DNA of 64,000 bases from Chrysomallon squamiferum (taxonomy: Eukaryota; Animalia; Mollusca), in assembly GCA_012295275.1 (NCBI GenBank), contig CM022671.1, positions 33,976,001 to 34,040,000 on the forward strand, given 5' to 3'. How positions within the stretch are numbered: position 1 is the first letter of the stretch; each line of letters begins with the position of its first letter. Below are positions 38,426-52,912 of the stretch, one piece after another. The notes under the pieces are model-generated. The model worked only from the letters and a program-made list of their open reading frames with translations. It ran no database searches and was not told the origin of the DNA. Both the position numbers and the translations under genes were made by a program.

Positions 38426-41400
38426 TTTTTTTTTTATTTTTATTTTTATTTTTATTTTTTTTTTTTTTTTTTTTAGGTTTCATTTGGATACTGGGATAGT
38501 ATATTCATGTTGATGCTGTTATTGTTTCTAAACGGATCTGCACAGGTAATTTGTAAAACCATATTTTATCATAATTTCTTTATTAAATACAAAATATGTT
38601 AGTTATAATTATAAAGCTTTAAACATGTATTTTCATTTTCCATAAAACAGTAACAGTAATTAGGGAAACAAAAAGAAGAAAAGATTAGGGATGTATGGTG
38701 TGAAAAATATTGATATACATGTATTTAGCAAATTAATATATATATATATATATAGATATATATATTAAAATATATTATGTCTAAGCTGTATGTTACTTTT
38801 TTAATATAATAAAATGTGAAATGTAACTGATACATTTCTTTTCAAATAAAAATAGCAGAACATTTTAACCATTGACTTAAATTATTAGTAACAGCAGTAG
38901 CAGCATTAAAATTGTAGTAGTAATTAACAAAGCTATAGCTTGTTTATTTATTTGTTCTTTTATTCAGATTATGGGGGAAAATAATAATAATAAAATCATG
39001 TTGTGAATGATATTTGAGCTGAACTGGACTCCAGCTTTACAGTTTGGTTTGCTGATACAGTGGACATAGTGGCAAGCTTTGGCAAAGAGATTGCAATGCC
39101 ATGAACTGTGAATAGACAAACACTTTAAATTTTATAATTTCAAATTATAAATATTAACATTGTTTCAGAAAACACCTCAAGCCTAATAACCCCTGTTTTA
39201 ATTATCTTAAGTGATTACTATTAATACACCTAGCACTACAACTATATCACTGATACTACTACTGTTACTGCTGCTGCTATTGCTGTTCTACATCTGCTGC
39301 TATTATTATTACTATTGTATTATAGTTACTACTACAACTACTACTACTATTATTATTGCTGGTACTATTACTCTATTACTACTGCTACAATGATTATTAT
39401 TGTTATTGTTATTGTTATTGTTATTGTTATATTTTAGGCACACTGTTGGCCTAACTGCACAAAAGTGTTGTTGTCATGGTTTCCAGACAGTGTTAGAAAC
39501 AGTGTGTTTGGAATGTTTGGAACTTGTGCTTTTGCTGGAGGAATTTTAGGAACAATGATTGCAGTAAATAAACATTATTCAGTTTTGTTTATTTTTTAAA
39601 ATCTCATTAAACTGATAATTTTACCCAGTCATTATATACACTTGAAAATTTATTTAACCGTTTAAGATGAATGGTAATGTTTTACATCTTTAGAAATTTT
39701 TTGTAAAGAATAAGTACATGTACTTTTGAAAGATATTTTAATTTTGATGTTGCTTTAAATAATAATGTCTTTTATAACTCCTTAGGTTCCTGGGACTTGG
39801 TTATATTAAATATGTCATTGTTTGAAGAAAAAAAATTAATTTCTTTTGTGGAAAGTTCTGGATTGTCTTTTTTCGTGTTTTTGCACATTAAAAAAAAAAT
39901 CACAAATAACATTTAGTTTAATGAAAAGGACTTACTAAATCTTGAAAACATTCTGTCTGCAGCCCTTTTATATGAAATTAATAACAATGTCACTGTGTGT
40001 ATTTGACTATTTCAGGTTTATCTACAAACACGTTATGGATGGAGACATGTTTTCTTATTTCCTTCTCTGTTTGTGGTAAACTGCTTCATGTTATTTGTAT
40101 ATATAATATATCAAAACTAACAAGTCATTACCTCTGTCTCCCAATTTTTTTTCTTTTATTCCTTCCTGCTTTTTCTTTCCTTCCAGTTAACGGTTTCAAT
40201 TTTTCAATCCTTCCGTCTTTCCTTTTCTCTTTTCATTCTTTCCATTTCTTCTTTCCGTTTTCTTTCTTTCCTTTTATTTCATTCCAGTTAATGTTTTCTT
40301 AAATCGTTTGATTCTTCCAAATTTGTTTCTTTCTTTCCTTTTCTTTCATTCCATTTTTGTTTTCATAAATCTTTCAATCCTTCCATCTTTCCTTTTCTTT
40401 CTTTTCTTTTTCTTTCTCTTTCCTTCCAGTTAACATTTTGTTTAACTCTTTCTATTCCCTGTGTCTTTAAACCATACAGATTCCTTATGACTGTTGCATT
40501 GATATGTTTCATATATCTGTATTATTCATCAGCAGGTAAAAAATATAATATTAATAAAAAAAATTAAAGTGAAAATAACGTTGAAATCAAACAAGAGTTT
40601 TACAAATCCAGTGTTTGTTTATTTTACTGAGTTTGTTTTCAGGGTGTGTTTTTATTTTCATAAACTGCATATGAAATATATGTCTGAGAACTGAACAATA
40701 TTTTTAAAAAACATCAAAGTCTTTGTATATTTATATTAAAGTTCATTAGATTTTAGTCTAATAATTTATATGCAAATGATGAGACTGTGAAATGAAACAA
40801 CACATACATATTATTCATACCAATTAATAGCATGGTATTTTTATGTTACAATTTATTACCTGTTAAACAGTTTCATATAAATTTATGTAGAGAATGGAAA
40901 CATCCTGTAGTACTACTTAATATTGTTTAGCAAGAACAGATGTTTTGTCGATAGTATAACACATACACTGATGTTTGTTAAACCAGTCATAGGTCACTGA
41001 AAATGGCTTCTGTGTATTTTAGTGTGATTTGCAAGAACCTAAATGTTCACAACTATTTATTGTATCTTTCTATTTTGCAATTCTTTACAACTATTTCAGT
41101 TTTTTATACATAAATAAATTTTATTTTATAAATTTCATATATTTATAAATCTGTAAATTATTCTTGAAAATTCTGTTTTTATCCTGTAGTTAAGTGATTT
41201 TAATTGGAGTAAATTATATGTAATTTGTATTTCATATAATTATATATAAATCTGTAATTTAATGTTGACAACCTGTAGCCATTGTATTTTTCTCTGTACT
41301 GAGGTATCATTAACAATGATACATTCATTCTTAAACATTTTACACACACACACACACACAAATACACATATATCTATACTTAGTGACTAATGTATATTAA

Positions 41401-44400
41401 TTAAAAAAATATATATATTTACAACTGTGGGTTTTATTTTATTTTATTTTTTTATTATTTTGTATTTATTTTTATTTATTTATTTTATTTTATTTTTAAT
41501 TTCTATTAATTTATTATTATTGTTTCAGTTTTATTACTGTATTCCATACTGTCACTCATTTTTATTTTTTATTTAATTTTTAAATTTGTATCTATTACTT
41601 GTGTGTGGATACTGCTTTTGCATATTTATAAACATATTGTTTTTCTATTTTTAAATTATTTGTTAAGAAAACATGCGTATTAACAAACACAACAAATTTA
41701 TCTTACACATACTCTTTATCTGTAGCTATCAAATTAAACTGATCAGGTGCACTAAAGTAAAATCTGGTTTTGGCGATGGTTTATAGTATGTTTTACACCT
41801 GATTAAAATTATCATCACATACACACATTTAGTGGCTTAAAGAGTTACTGACATCTCACAAAAAAACAACATTATTTATTTGAACAGGCAAGACCAGAGT
41901 TGTTGTAAAATCAGAAAAATTTGACAAACAGGAATTTTGTTTTTGAGTTAAATGGTGTTAACCTTTCTAATGTATTTATCACAACAGTGAACTGTATGAT
42001 GCTAATTTAAGGCTATATGAGTTAAACTGTTCTGACACTTATAAACACTGATGTCAAATTACATTTCTTAATATCTTTTGGTTCTGTTGATTGATAGCTT
42101 TATTTTTTTATACTAGCATTTACTAAGTATTCATTTTATTTGGAAAAAAAGAATGTGATATTTGAGGCAGGTGTCAGCTTAGTAAAATCTCCAGAAATAT
42201 CCGTTTAGATCAATAGTAAAATAATTATAATAATTGCAAAAGTCAGCCATTTTCTGAAATTAAAGAAAATCATTTATTTCATTATGTCCATACTCTTTTC
42301 ATAATTTAATATATTGATGATGTTGTGATGTTATGATTTATAACATCAGCTTAAGAATCAGATGTTCTGGGATCAGATCCAAGTATCCTTTCTTATCTTT
42401 TGATCAGTTCAGTCTCTATCCTGTAAATAATCTTTTAACAAATTGCCCCACATTTGTGCCAAAGACACATTGTTTAAGTGTGGCAGCAAATAATTAATGT
42501 AGAACAAAAAAAATCCATAATTTGCATTAGTAACAATTTCTTTTAGTCTAAGAAATTACAAGCATAAATAAACAAACAGAAAAGGTTTAACTGTATTTGA
42601 GATAACATTGTATTGTCACAGGAGTGTTTTTGTGTGGGTTTGTTTGCGTGCATGTGTCTTTGTGTGTGTGTGTGTGTGTGTGTGTAAATATGTATGCATG
42701 TTTCTATTCATATGTGTCTGTATGTGTAAATATGTATGCTTGTGTGTGTGTGTGGATGCCTGTCTATGTATGTGTAAATATGTATACATGTGGGTGTACA
42801 TTTTTAATGTAGACTTTTGATGTGTTAATTTTTCAGGCAGCTATTGGTGTATTGGTTTTATTAAGTTTCTCACAGCCTAGGGAGGTTAGCTTTGAAATAG
42901 AAGGCAAAGGTAAATTAACATCTGATATTCACATTAAACATTTTGTACAATTAACAAATAATGGTAATTAAAGTGAATTTTTAAATGTTTTAATAACTAA
43001 CATAAGTATATTATTCGCTCTTCCATTTTGTTCAGTAAAATGAAATGGTATAACTTATTACTTTTTACTGATTAAAATCTGAAAATTCCATCCCCTATCA
43101 ACAGTTGAAATTTGGAGTCAACAAGAATAAAATAAGGGCAAATATTTATTGCTCAGGACATGTTTTATTGTGCATATATATAATAGATTAAATAATTCAT
43201 TTTGGTTTTCTTTCAAATTTCCAAAATATTTATTTATCAAATGAAAACATTTGCAGTTTAGATTCACAGACCTTAATGATGCTTATTCATTAAATCAAAT
43301 ATAGCATACAAAAATGTAATAAATTTTTATGATAATGCATGTCAAAATGAATTATCCTGACAACTGATTGTAAACTTTCCATACAAAATTCAGCATTATT
43401 GATAAATCAATCTGCTTTTTACTTGTGCTGGTAAAGGTACACCTATTATAATTAAAGGTAAAAAATAAATAGTTCACCATAAAACATGAAAAAATACAGA
43501 ACAAATATTATTTCCTATCTTCATTCCTGTTTTTCAAATCCCAGTTTACTTCACTGAGCAATAACAATATATTAGATGTAAATGACAACCATAATGATGT
43601 AATGTAGGTGTAAGAACATTGTGTTCATGTAGAAAAATGACAATATGACAGTGGTAATAAATTAATAGATCTATATAGCTCTCACAATGATTTTAGAATG
43701 TTTGGTTTTCATATAAGAACATCATGTTTTAGGAAGAAGATATGTCAATAAAATAACACAAATATAATTTTACGTTAGTAAAAATAGCTCTGCAAACAAA
43801 ATTAATTCACTTTAATGATTTTAATCCATTAGTATCAGCTGTTTTATTTCAGTTGTGATCAATGAGTTATTTTTGAAGTCTGTTTATGGTTCAGAGTCCT
43901 TTTTCTTTGACTTTAGTATTTTTAATTTTTTTTCCAGAACAAAATAAAGTATCCACTGAAAAAGGTGAACATGTAAAACTAACTCTGTTACAGCTTTGGA
44001 AAATTCCGTAAGTTAATGTTTGTTTTTATTATTATTACTATTTTTATTTTTTTTATTTTCTTTTATTTTTTAAAGATTTCTCAGTCTTACAAAAGAAAAT
44101 ATTAATTAAATTTATCTCTTTTTTTTTCTTTTCTTTTTTTCTTTTTTTTTTATATATATATATATACTTGTTGGGTTTTTTTAATTTATTTTTGTTTCCC
44201 TTATTTTTATTTTGGTAAACCTTTCTTACAGGCAAACAAAAAGAAATTTTAATTTTTTAATTATTATTTTTCCTTTCTTTTTATTCTTTATTTTGTTATT
44301 TTTTTAATTATTATTTATTTATATTTATTTTTATTTATTTATTATTATTTTATTTTATTTTATTTGTTATCCTTATTTATTAGTTAAGCTTAATAAAATA

Positions 44401-47400
44401 CATTTTATTAAAAAAAAAAAAAAATTAATAAATGTTTGCTTAGCAACAGCTGTTGAATATAGTTTTCCCACAGTATTTTGAGAGAATAAACTTTAATATA
44501 TCAGTCATATTTTGAACAGGAAAATATCAGATATCTTGAAGGTAACTGATCTTGTGCCATAGCAGAATTATCTGTGACAATCTAAATTTTGTGTCTGGCA
44601 CCTGCAATTTATTATTTTAAATTTGAATGAGCAATGACAATTTTGGGTTTATTTATTTACAGTTTCAAAATAGGTTACAATATTGATCACTGATTGATGA
44701 TTGGCAACCTGCAAAAGATTTTGAAAAAACTTGGCTAAAGCATGCTGAGAAAATGAAACTCCTACATCAGAATGATAATGGCAAATTAAATAAATTATTT
44801 TATCATTTAAGAATTCATTTTAACAATTTATATTAAAAGACAGTTTTAATTGGATGGCCTCAAAATATTTTATTTTGCCTGTCTTTGAGCATGAACTTCA
44901 TTCAAACCTGTGCAAGCTTTGAGCTTTTATAACATAATCTGCCAAGTCATCTTAAAAACCAATTGCTCCAAACAGTCTATAATTAATATTAGTTTTTCTG
45001 TTGTTTTTTTCTTCTATGCTTGGTAAAACAAATCAATACAGTTCTAGCATGGCCTGCTAAAAAGAACAAGCTGGTTATTGAATTATTCAGGCTACTAGTA
45101 GTCCTAGAATATCCAGCTCTGGTAAATCAGCATATATCTGGAATGGTCCATAAACAATAGTCATCATAATGTTTGTTAAAACCTGCTCGGAATGAATGAA
45201 AGAAATTTTGTTTAGCAGCATCTGAAGACATTTTGAGGTTGGATGTCAAACATATATAATAATAAAGTTAGAGAGGAAACTAGCTTCTACTACTCCATGG
45301 GTATTATCATTACTAACAACTGATGTTTCAAAAAACACCTTCCCAAGACAAACAAGCACAAATCATGATCATTCTAATTTGTTAGTAACAGAGCATTAGC
45401 TGGAATGGGAAATTGCTCTCTTTTATCAGTGAGGTTTTTTTGGATATCTGATCTTCAAATATTAATAGGTTTCAGACTACAACTAACCCAGAAGTTAAGA
45501 GGTTTAGCCCAGAGCTATAATACTCTCAGTATCTATCAATGATATTAATCTTTGAGTAATCCTGCAAAAGTAATGTATACAGGTTTTCATCTTCTAAAAG
45601 AAATAAGAGAACCATTTAAGAGGTAAAGGAGAGGAATAAATGTTTTATTTAGCAACATATTTATTATATCCTTAATGTATGGTGTCGTACATAAATTATG
45701 ATTAAGAACCATGTATTCAGTGATGAAAATCATGGTGAAGGCTATTCTTTTTTTATTAGCATCAAGGACTCTTTTACATGTTATGTCCCTTAATAGGAAA
45801 ACTCACATCCCTCACTGGACAGGAAAAATAGCCCATGGGAGTTCTGATCATAAGACCTTTTTATGCCTTAGTATAGTGTCCTAATTACTTATTTATTGTC
45901 AGCCTTTACTGGTAGTTGTTAAGAATTCAGTTCAGATAGACAAAATAATATGTTCTGTACCTGTGTTCTAAAATAAATTCCACCTAGTTAAAAAAAAAAA
46001 AAAAAAACGATGTATATGTATATAATATTATCTGAATGTAGCTTTCATATCTGAAATTGGATGTATGGTTTTGTTCTTTGTTAAAAATATTGGTAATTCA
46101 ATATATTTGCTGCAGTTGAGTGTCTTTGCTTAGTGCAGAGTAAACAGTTGTGATGAAAGAGAGAGTAGTTTGAAGCTGCTGATTGTATTCATGTGTTCAG
46201 TCATTTGTTTACCTAGGTGTACATTATCTAGATACAATTGTTGCATGCATTAAATAAATATGGAAAAGATCTGTTTTGTCATTTTTCTTTTATTTCCATC
46301 TAACTTGTTTTTGATGAGTTTTATTGTTTTATTGTTTTTTGTCTTTTTTGTTTTGTGGTTGTTTTCTTCTTCTTTTTCCTTTTTTTTTGTATAATTCTGT
46401 TGTTATGGAGGTGGCTGTTATGTCTGTTCCATTTCTTTTTTAAATGTTTAATTGAAATAATTAAAAAACAAACCTCAATTTCTCTTTTTTCTTAAACTTT
46501 TTTCTATATAAAATTATATATATATATTATTATTGTTTTTGTATTTTATTTTGGTAATTTCTTAATCTAATTTTTATTTATTTATTTATTTTTTTATTTA
46601 TTTATTTATTTAGTTAGTTAGTTACTTAGTTTTATTTTATTATTTTAAAATTAAAGAACTTCATTTAAACATTTGTTATTTGTTTTCTTGGAAATAATGC
46701 ACATTACACTATATCAGAATTAGCTGGGTTTTAATTCAATGTTTGATAACCTGGCTTCATTAAAGCCATACATCACTATCATGTCCATGGTACATTAAAC
46801 TGTATTTTTACTAATACCACTGTATATATTTTCAGCATGGTAGCTGAGGTAGCTGTGGCCATGTTTTGTCTCAAAGTTGTTCGTTACTGTATGTACATGT
46901 GGCTACCAATGTATCTTCTAAAACATGTGAGTATTTTTAACACTTAAACATACTGTAAAACCCTGTTATAAACAAAAATTCATATTTTTCTTCTTTGGTT
47001 TTTTTCTTCAAATTCTTGACCTCCACAATTATCTGGCTTGGGCATCCACAGTTACATGTAAAACAGTAACTGTAATCAAAAATGTTTAAATGACTAAATA
47101 AAAATAGTTAGTTTATTATTAAATTCCTTTATGGTTGCAGTATATACTGTTTTTAAAGGACACCAAACAGACACACACACACACACACACACATGCATTT
47201 TCACTTTTTATTCCCATTTCAAGTAAAAATGTTCTCCATGGTTTATCATTTGTTATTCTGTCATTAATTTTATTAAACCACAGTAATGAAAAAAAACAGC
47301 AACAAAAAAACATAATGTATATTTTATAAGTAGTTTTTATTTATGCCAGTAAGCATTGTTTTGGCATTAATCAATAATGCATAATAAACAATTAAATTTT

Positions 47401-49289
47401 TAAATCAGCTAGATCTGCTGTATAGTATATGCTAATAACATCAGCAGAAACTATGTGCAATAGTTAAGATACAGAATTAGCCTGATATTACATTTTAAAA
47501 CAATATCAAAAAAATGAAATGATTTAAAATGTTAAGATTATATTTTCCATCAAGTACACATTTTATGGCCTGCAACTAGTCTAAGTTTTATTATTTTTAT
47601 TTATTTTTTTTTTTTTTTTTTTATTTGATTCTTTAAAAACAAAAACATTTAATAAAAAAATTAAAAAAATACAATTGATGTATGTTTAGCAATACCTCAA
47701 AATACCTGAATAATAACTGTTGTTGGGAATCAATTAAATTATTATTTGTCTAATGATGATATGAGAGAGGAAACCCACATAGTAGGTTACTCTTTTCAAT
47801 TAGCAGTAAGGGATTTGAGATATGCATCTTCTCATAAACAGGAAAACATCACTGACTTTGATAAATCAATTATTGAGTTCTGGTTTGAAAGATTGATCCT
47901 CAGTTTACTAGACAAGCTATGTAACCTCTAAGTCAGGCATGGGCAACCTTTTCCAAGAAGCGGGTCACATTAGACATGGCTCATCCTCAGGTGGGCTGAA
48001 GCTACTTATTTAGGCGATTCTGTGTTTTTACACAGAGTTTATTATAAGAAATTGTTCATATTCATTTACTTCAGGAACTGTGATAATAAAAAAAAAAATT
48101 ACATGTGTTTTAGTATATTAGTACATACAAAATACACTCATTTTATAAAATTTGAATTAACGTTATTTTCCTTGTGAACTTAGGCGGGCCACTCAGTTTG
48201 CTCATTACTGATCTAAGCTATGATCACTTGTTCTGCAGACAGGTTGCAGCTATGGTTTAGTTATGTGAATTCATTAAGAGTTAATTGTGAAAACTAATCC
48301 AACCATACAGTTCAGTGACCTTCATTAGTTATTTGCTTTCATCAGTAAAGCATAGCAAATCAGTGGAGTGTTGCAGTTCTGAATTCTGCTTTGTCATAGT
48401 AATGTAGCAAGACATATATCCACAGTAATGTGGTTATTTTAATGTAAATTTTAATGTAAATTTCTTGTTTAGAAGTTGCATTTCCATTAAAGTTTGCAAA
48501 CATTGACACACATATGCACAAACATGTTTGTAGAAATATTCATAGAAAAAGAAACCAGCAAAAAAAAAAAAAATGTACACACATATTTGCAAAACCACTC
48601 TTTGTATTTTTATATATAGGTGTATAATTTGCTTTATATTTGATCTTACATAGTTTGACAGTTAAATATAATTATATATATATATATATAGTTTGTCACA
48701 TTCCAAACACTGTCTCAAAACCAGTTAGTTTTCAATTAGTAGAAAATCTATTCCAATAACTATAAGTATAAAAAACATTTTATGGTTTTTTTAACATAAA
48801 TAATTTTAGAGGTTATTCATTAACCAAAGTGTTTGTCCCAGAATCCTTGGTTCCTAAGATCAGTCTGTTCAGTGCAACCATTGTGCTACCAACCTATTTG
48901 CATAGAAAAGAATCCTTGTATAAAAATAGCCTTTAGTGCAGCAGCACCATTATTACAAAATGCAAAATACTGACAGCTGATAACTCTTGAAATAAAAAGC
49001 CTGTTGAGATATAATTAAATAAATATTCTTATCTATCAGACACACATTTGTGCGCTTCTGTATTAATAGCATAAGAGAGGAAATCCTCTTCAGTGTAAAC
49101 TGGGTTATACTTCTATTCTGTGTTTACTTAACTGCAGGAAGAAATTAATGTTTTATACATTGGGAATGACATCCACTTAATAACTGTATGTTAAACAAAT
49201 ATTCCTGTCTGCTCCACCAATTATATATATATATATATATATATATGTCTGTGTGTCTGTGACAGAGAGAAAGAGAGATCATTTTTTCA

Positions 49290-49369
<80 letters not shown>

Positions 49370-51511
49370 GACAGTGAATGCATTAAGATGATGATTGAAT
49401 AACAGACACTAGAGCAGGCTCTTTAGCACTGAGCTACAGCCTAATTTATTAAATTAACAGTGTGTTTATTTTTTGTAAATAAATGTGTGAAGTGACAGTT
49501 TTATAAATTGTTTCAGTTAAGTTATTCAAAAGGCATGGCTGGAATGTTTTCAACAGCGTTTGAAGTTGGTGGAGTTGTTGGCAGTGCTTCAGTTGGATTT
49601 ATACTTGATAAGTAAGATTAATTTCTCTTGTTTAATAAATTGAAATCTAATTAAAATATTTTTTTATTGTTTGTTTCTATTTTTCAAAACACAGTTTTAT
49701 TTTTTTTATTAATATTTGTTTATTATTATTTTTTTTTTTTAAAGTACACACCTTAGTTACTTTGCTGTCCATATGCAAACACATAATGTTTACAATCACT
49801 AGACTTATGAAACATTAAATATTTACTTAGTGTTTCTTACTTGCATTAACTCATAGTTACTATCTTTATTATGTCTTATTTGTTGTTTGTTTATTAAGCA
49901 ATCAAATAAGTCCTTTAAAGATTGATTTAAAATGTTCTAGTATTTGTTATTGTCATTTTTCTTCTTATTATTATTATTACTGTTGTTATTGTTATTGTTA
50001 TTGTTAGTAGTAGTAGCAGTAATAGTAGTACTAGTAGTAGTAGTGGTGGTGGTGGTGGTAGTACTACTAGTAATAGTAGTAGTAGTGATAGCAGTTGTGG
50101 TGGTAGTAATAGAGGTAGTGGTAGTGGTAATAATGTATTTCAAATATATTTTATATTATATGTCTTTGTTTCAGATTTTTTCAAAACCGGACATTATTTG
50201 GTACAGGGATGTCCATTACACTGTCCACTCTGGGTCTCTGTGCCTTTGTTGTGACTAGCTCATGGGGAATAGCTGCCAATACTCTGTTTATGTTTTTGGC
50301 TGGAGCGTTTAATGCTGGCCCAGACACGTTGTTAGGTGAGTGTCATAATCATGTAGCAATATATAATAATAAGTGGTCTTACAAAAACTGTTTAAATTGC
50401 ATGTTTTATGTCTAATACTTCATTATGGCTTACTCAGATTTTCATATTAACTTTTATTCTGTTTTATAAGAAGATGTTTCATTGATTTAGAGAGAGGGTT
50501 TTTTATTGCTGTTTTCTTTTATTATTATTATTATTATTATTGATTTAGTAATTTACTGGTAATAATATAATTGTGTTTTTTTAACTTATAGGAGGATCTA
50601 TACCAATAGAACTTGGGGAGAAAGATAGCAGAAATGCAGGTTCAGCCACTGTTGGTTTAGTTAATGGTAAGTTCAAAAATTTACAAACACTTATGTTGAA
50701 TTATCACTTAGTTTAAGTCCATTACTATAGATCATAGACATTAATTGAACTAATTACTATACTCATTAACATTTTATATTGTTTGTTTTAGAATGTGTAT
50801 GTAGAAAAGCTAATAAGAGTCTTAGAATCCAAGTGTCCATAATTCTTTCACAACTTTAATTATTAACATGGCTTAATGTAGATTTTAGAAGTATAGTCAT
50901 ATATCTAAAACAGCCTACTAGAGGCATATTAAAGGCTTGATTTTAAGATACATTATAGACATTAATGATTATTTTATAACAGATTAAACTTACTAGATGT
51001 AGATTTAAAAAGTGTAGTCATACATAATTGTATATAAAATCCACTTGCAGGCATGATTTCAAGAGCTTGTGACAGAACCTATAATTCTTATTTTACAAGT
51101 AATGTTATTAACTTGAAGTTATAGGCATGTGTATAAAATAACCTTTTAGATGCCTTAAAATCAGACCTTTATGTATGAACCGATTTCCTTTAGAGTGTAT
51201 TTATATCACTATTTTAACACTATAGATGCGTTTGGAATAGTTATTAATAAAGGGATGCTTAATGTAGGCAAGTTGGAAATACATTTTGATACAACTTAAT
51301 AAATCTTCAAGAACTTGTTTACTTTTCAGGTTTTGGAAGTATTGGTACCTGTATAGAAGGGCCCTTGATAGGCCTGATTTCTACATATTATGGATGGTCA
51401 GGGATGTTCTATGTTATGATAGGATTGTCAGCACTGTCATCTCTATCTGTGTTCAAGGCATCACGAATGCACAGGAGACTAAATATAACAGTCACAGAAG
51501 TAGTAGCATAG
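36372..51511 (+). CDS. SLC37: MFS organophosphate:phosphate antiporter, SLC37/GlpT (glycerol-3-phosphate or glucose-6-phosphate exchanger) family; ~423 aa
   Basis: 13 GT-AG exons: 36372-36467, 36820-36912, 37226-37306, 38477-38545, 39438-39563, 40016-40075, 42837-42909, 43938-44007, 46836-46926, 49517-49611, 50175-50335, 50592-50666, 51330-51511 (1272 nt, in frame). Motifs YASTYFLRKP, GHVGDKFGSR (MFS motif A), FLNGSAQAHCWP, KVVRYCMYMWLP and GLVNGFGSIG. The symbol is family-level only. Confidence 0.93.
45190..45870 (+). mobile_element. Two adjacent decayed copies of a ~250-300-bp interspersed (SINE-like) repeat
   Basis: Shared core tgttt(a)ttagc...agagaggaaac...gg(c/t)ta(c/t)tctttt..attagca..aagg(g)a. 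Related copies at about 11490-11630, 16925-16960, 18465-18535, 47678-47933 and 49040-49160. Confidence 0.6.
47678..47933 (+). mobile_element. Decayed copy of the same interspersed repeat
   Basis: gagagaggaaacccacatagtaggttactcttttcaattagcagtaagggattt...acaggaaaac matches the 45.2-45.9 kb copies. Confidence 0.6.
47934..48210. mobile_element. hAT-type MITE, 277 bp
   Basis: Imperfect terminal inverted repeats CAGGCATGGGCAAC and GTTTGCTCATTACTG, internal gcgggcc motifs, and 8-bp flanks ctctaagt / atctaagc (6 of 8 identical), consistent with a hAT target-site duplication. Confidence 0.7.
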
Positions 51512-52860
51512 CATTATTATTAATTTTTATTTGTTTGTTTTTAATGTTATTAAACTGGTGGGAGACACAAATCTGAAATGGTGATGAACATGATGTATGG
51601 TTTTATAACATTTTCTGGGATATGCCAAAAGTGATTTTTTTATGTGATAAAGAGAAAAAGGAAGATGAATGAAAACGTTTTAGAGAAATTTGATTTAGTT
51701 TCTGCATTTAATCATGGATTTGACTGGTGAAATGTTCTTACTTTTTGGCTGAACAAAAATCATGAATTTATGTTAAAATGGCAACATACTTAGGATATTG
51801 ATAAAATGTTATTATTTTCGTTTTTTTTAATGTTACAGTAGAATTTTTTTTTATCTCAGTACCTTTCAGTAAAAGGGTTAGTCTTTAATAACAAGTAAGA
51901 CACACTTTACTAATTTATTTGAACTTATTCAATTTTCATAATTAGTAGTTTTGGGAATATCAGTTCTTATTTATGAGAGTTCCGAGTGGTAGTTGGATAT
52001 TTGAGGTGATGGATGTGTTCTGGGTTTTATGATTTCCTTAAATATTCATTTCATTACAACTGACATGATACCTTAAAAGTTGATTCTCATCTGTTTATCT
52101 GTTGTTGTTTTTTTATTTTTTGATGTTTTTTTTTTTTTTTTTTTTTTTTATCTTTATTGAATATTCATTATGAAACATATGTTTAGAGATATGTTTTATT
52201 TATTCAGTTCATAAAATTATTTCTACATTATGTAATCAAGTTAAGAAATGTATTAGGAGCCATAACCATATCCTGCAAAATAGTTTTCATCGTTTTTTAG
52301 AGCCTATACACAAGAAAAAATAAAAAATGTTTATCTCACATTCATATACATGTTTATAAAAGAGTTTGCATGGTATACATTGTCATGTCATTGAACTGAA
52401 CATTTTTTATACAGGAAAATCTCTGGTATTTGTTGTGCTAATAATCTTTTTTAAATTCTTCATCATTTTTTAATATGTCTGAGAAGAAATAAGTTTTAAA
52501 AATAATAACAATTTATAAAAAAAAAAAAAAAAAAAAAATTTAAATTAAAATTTAAAAAGATAAAATTTTAGAAGCTTATTGGTAAAAATTTGTTATATTT
52601 TTTATTACTCATTTTATTTTTTATCATAGTTTATAACAAAATAGAATGAAATTATCATTCTTTATCTTCACCATGGTGATAGAAATGCCTACTGTCAGTG
52701 CATATAAATCAATGTTTTTGTCCCCAAGAGATTAATTGAAAAGAATAATATACAAAGAAATAAGTAATGAATGTTATTATCAGTGTAAATAGTAATTGTA
52801 AATCACAAAACCATATTCTGTTGGGTTTTTTCTTGTTTAACTTTAAGTTAACGTTTATAA

Positions 52861-52912
<52 letters not shown>

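Noticed and set aside
48387-48397. ARE-like ATGACAAAGCA on the minus strand in SLC37 intron 9
   Set aside because: It is an isolated degenerate match with no supporting context and is plausible by chance.
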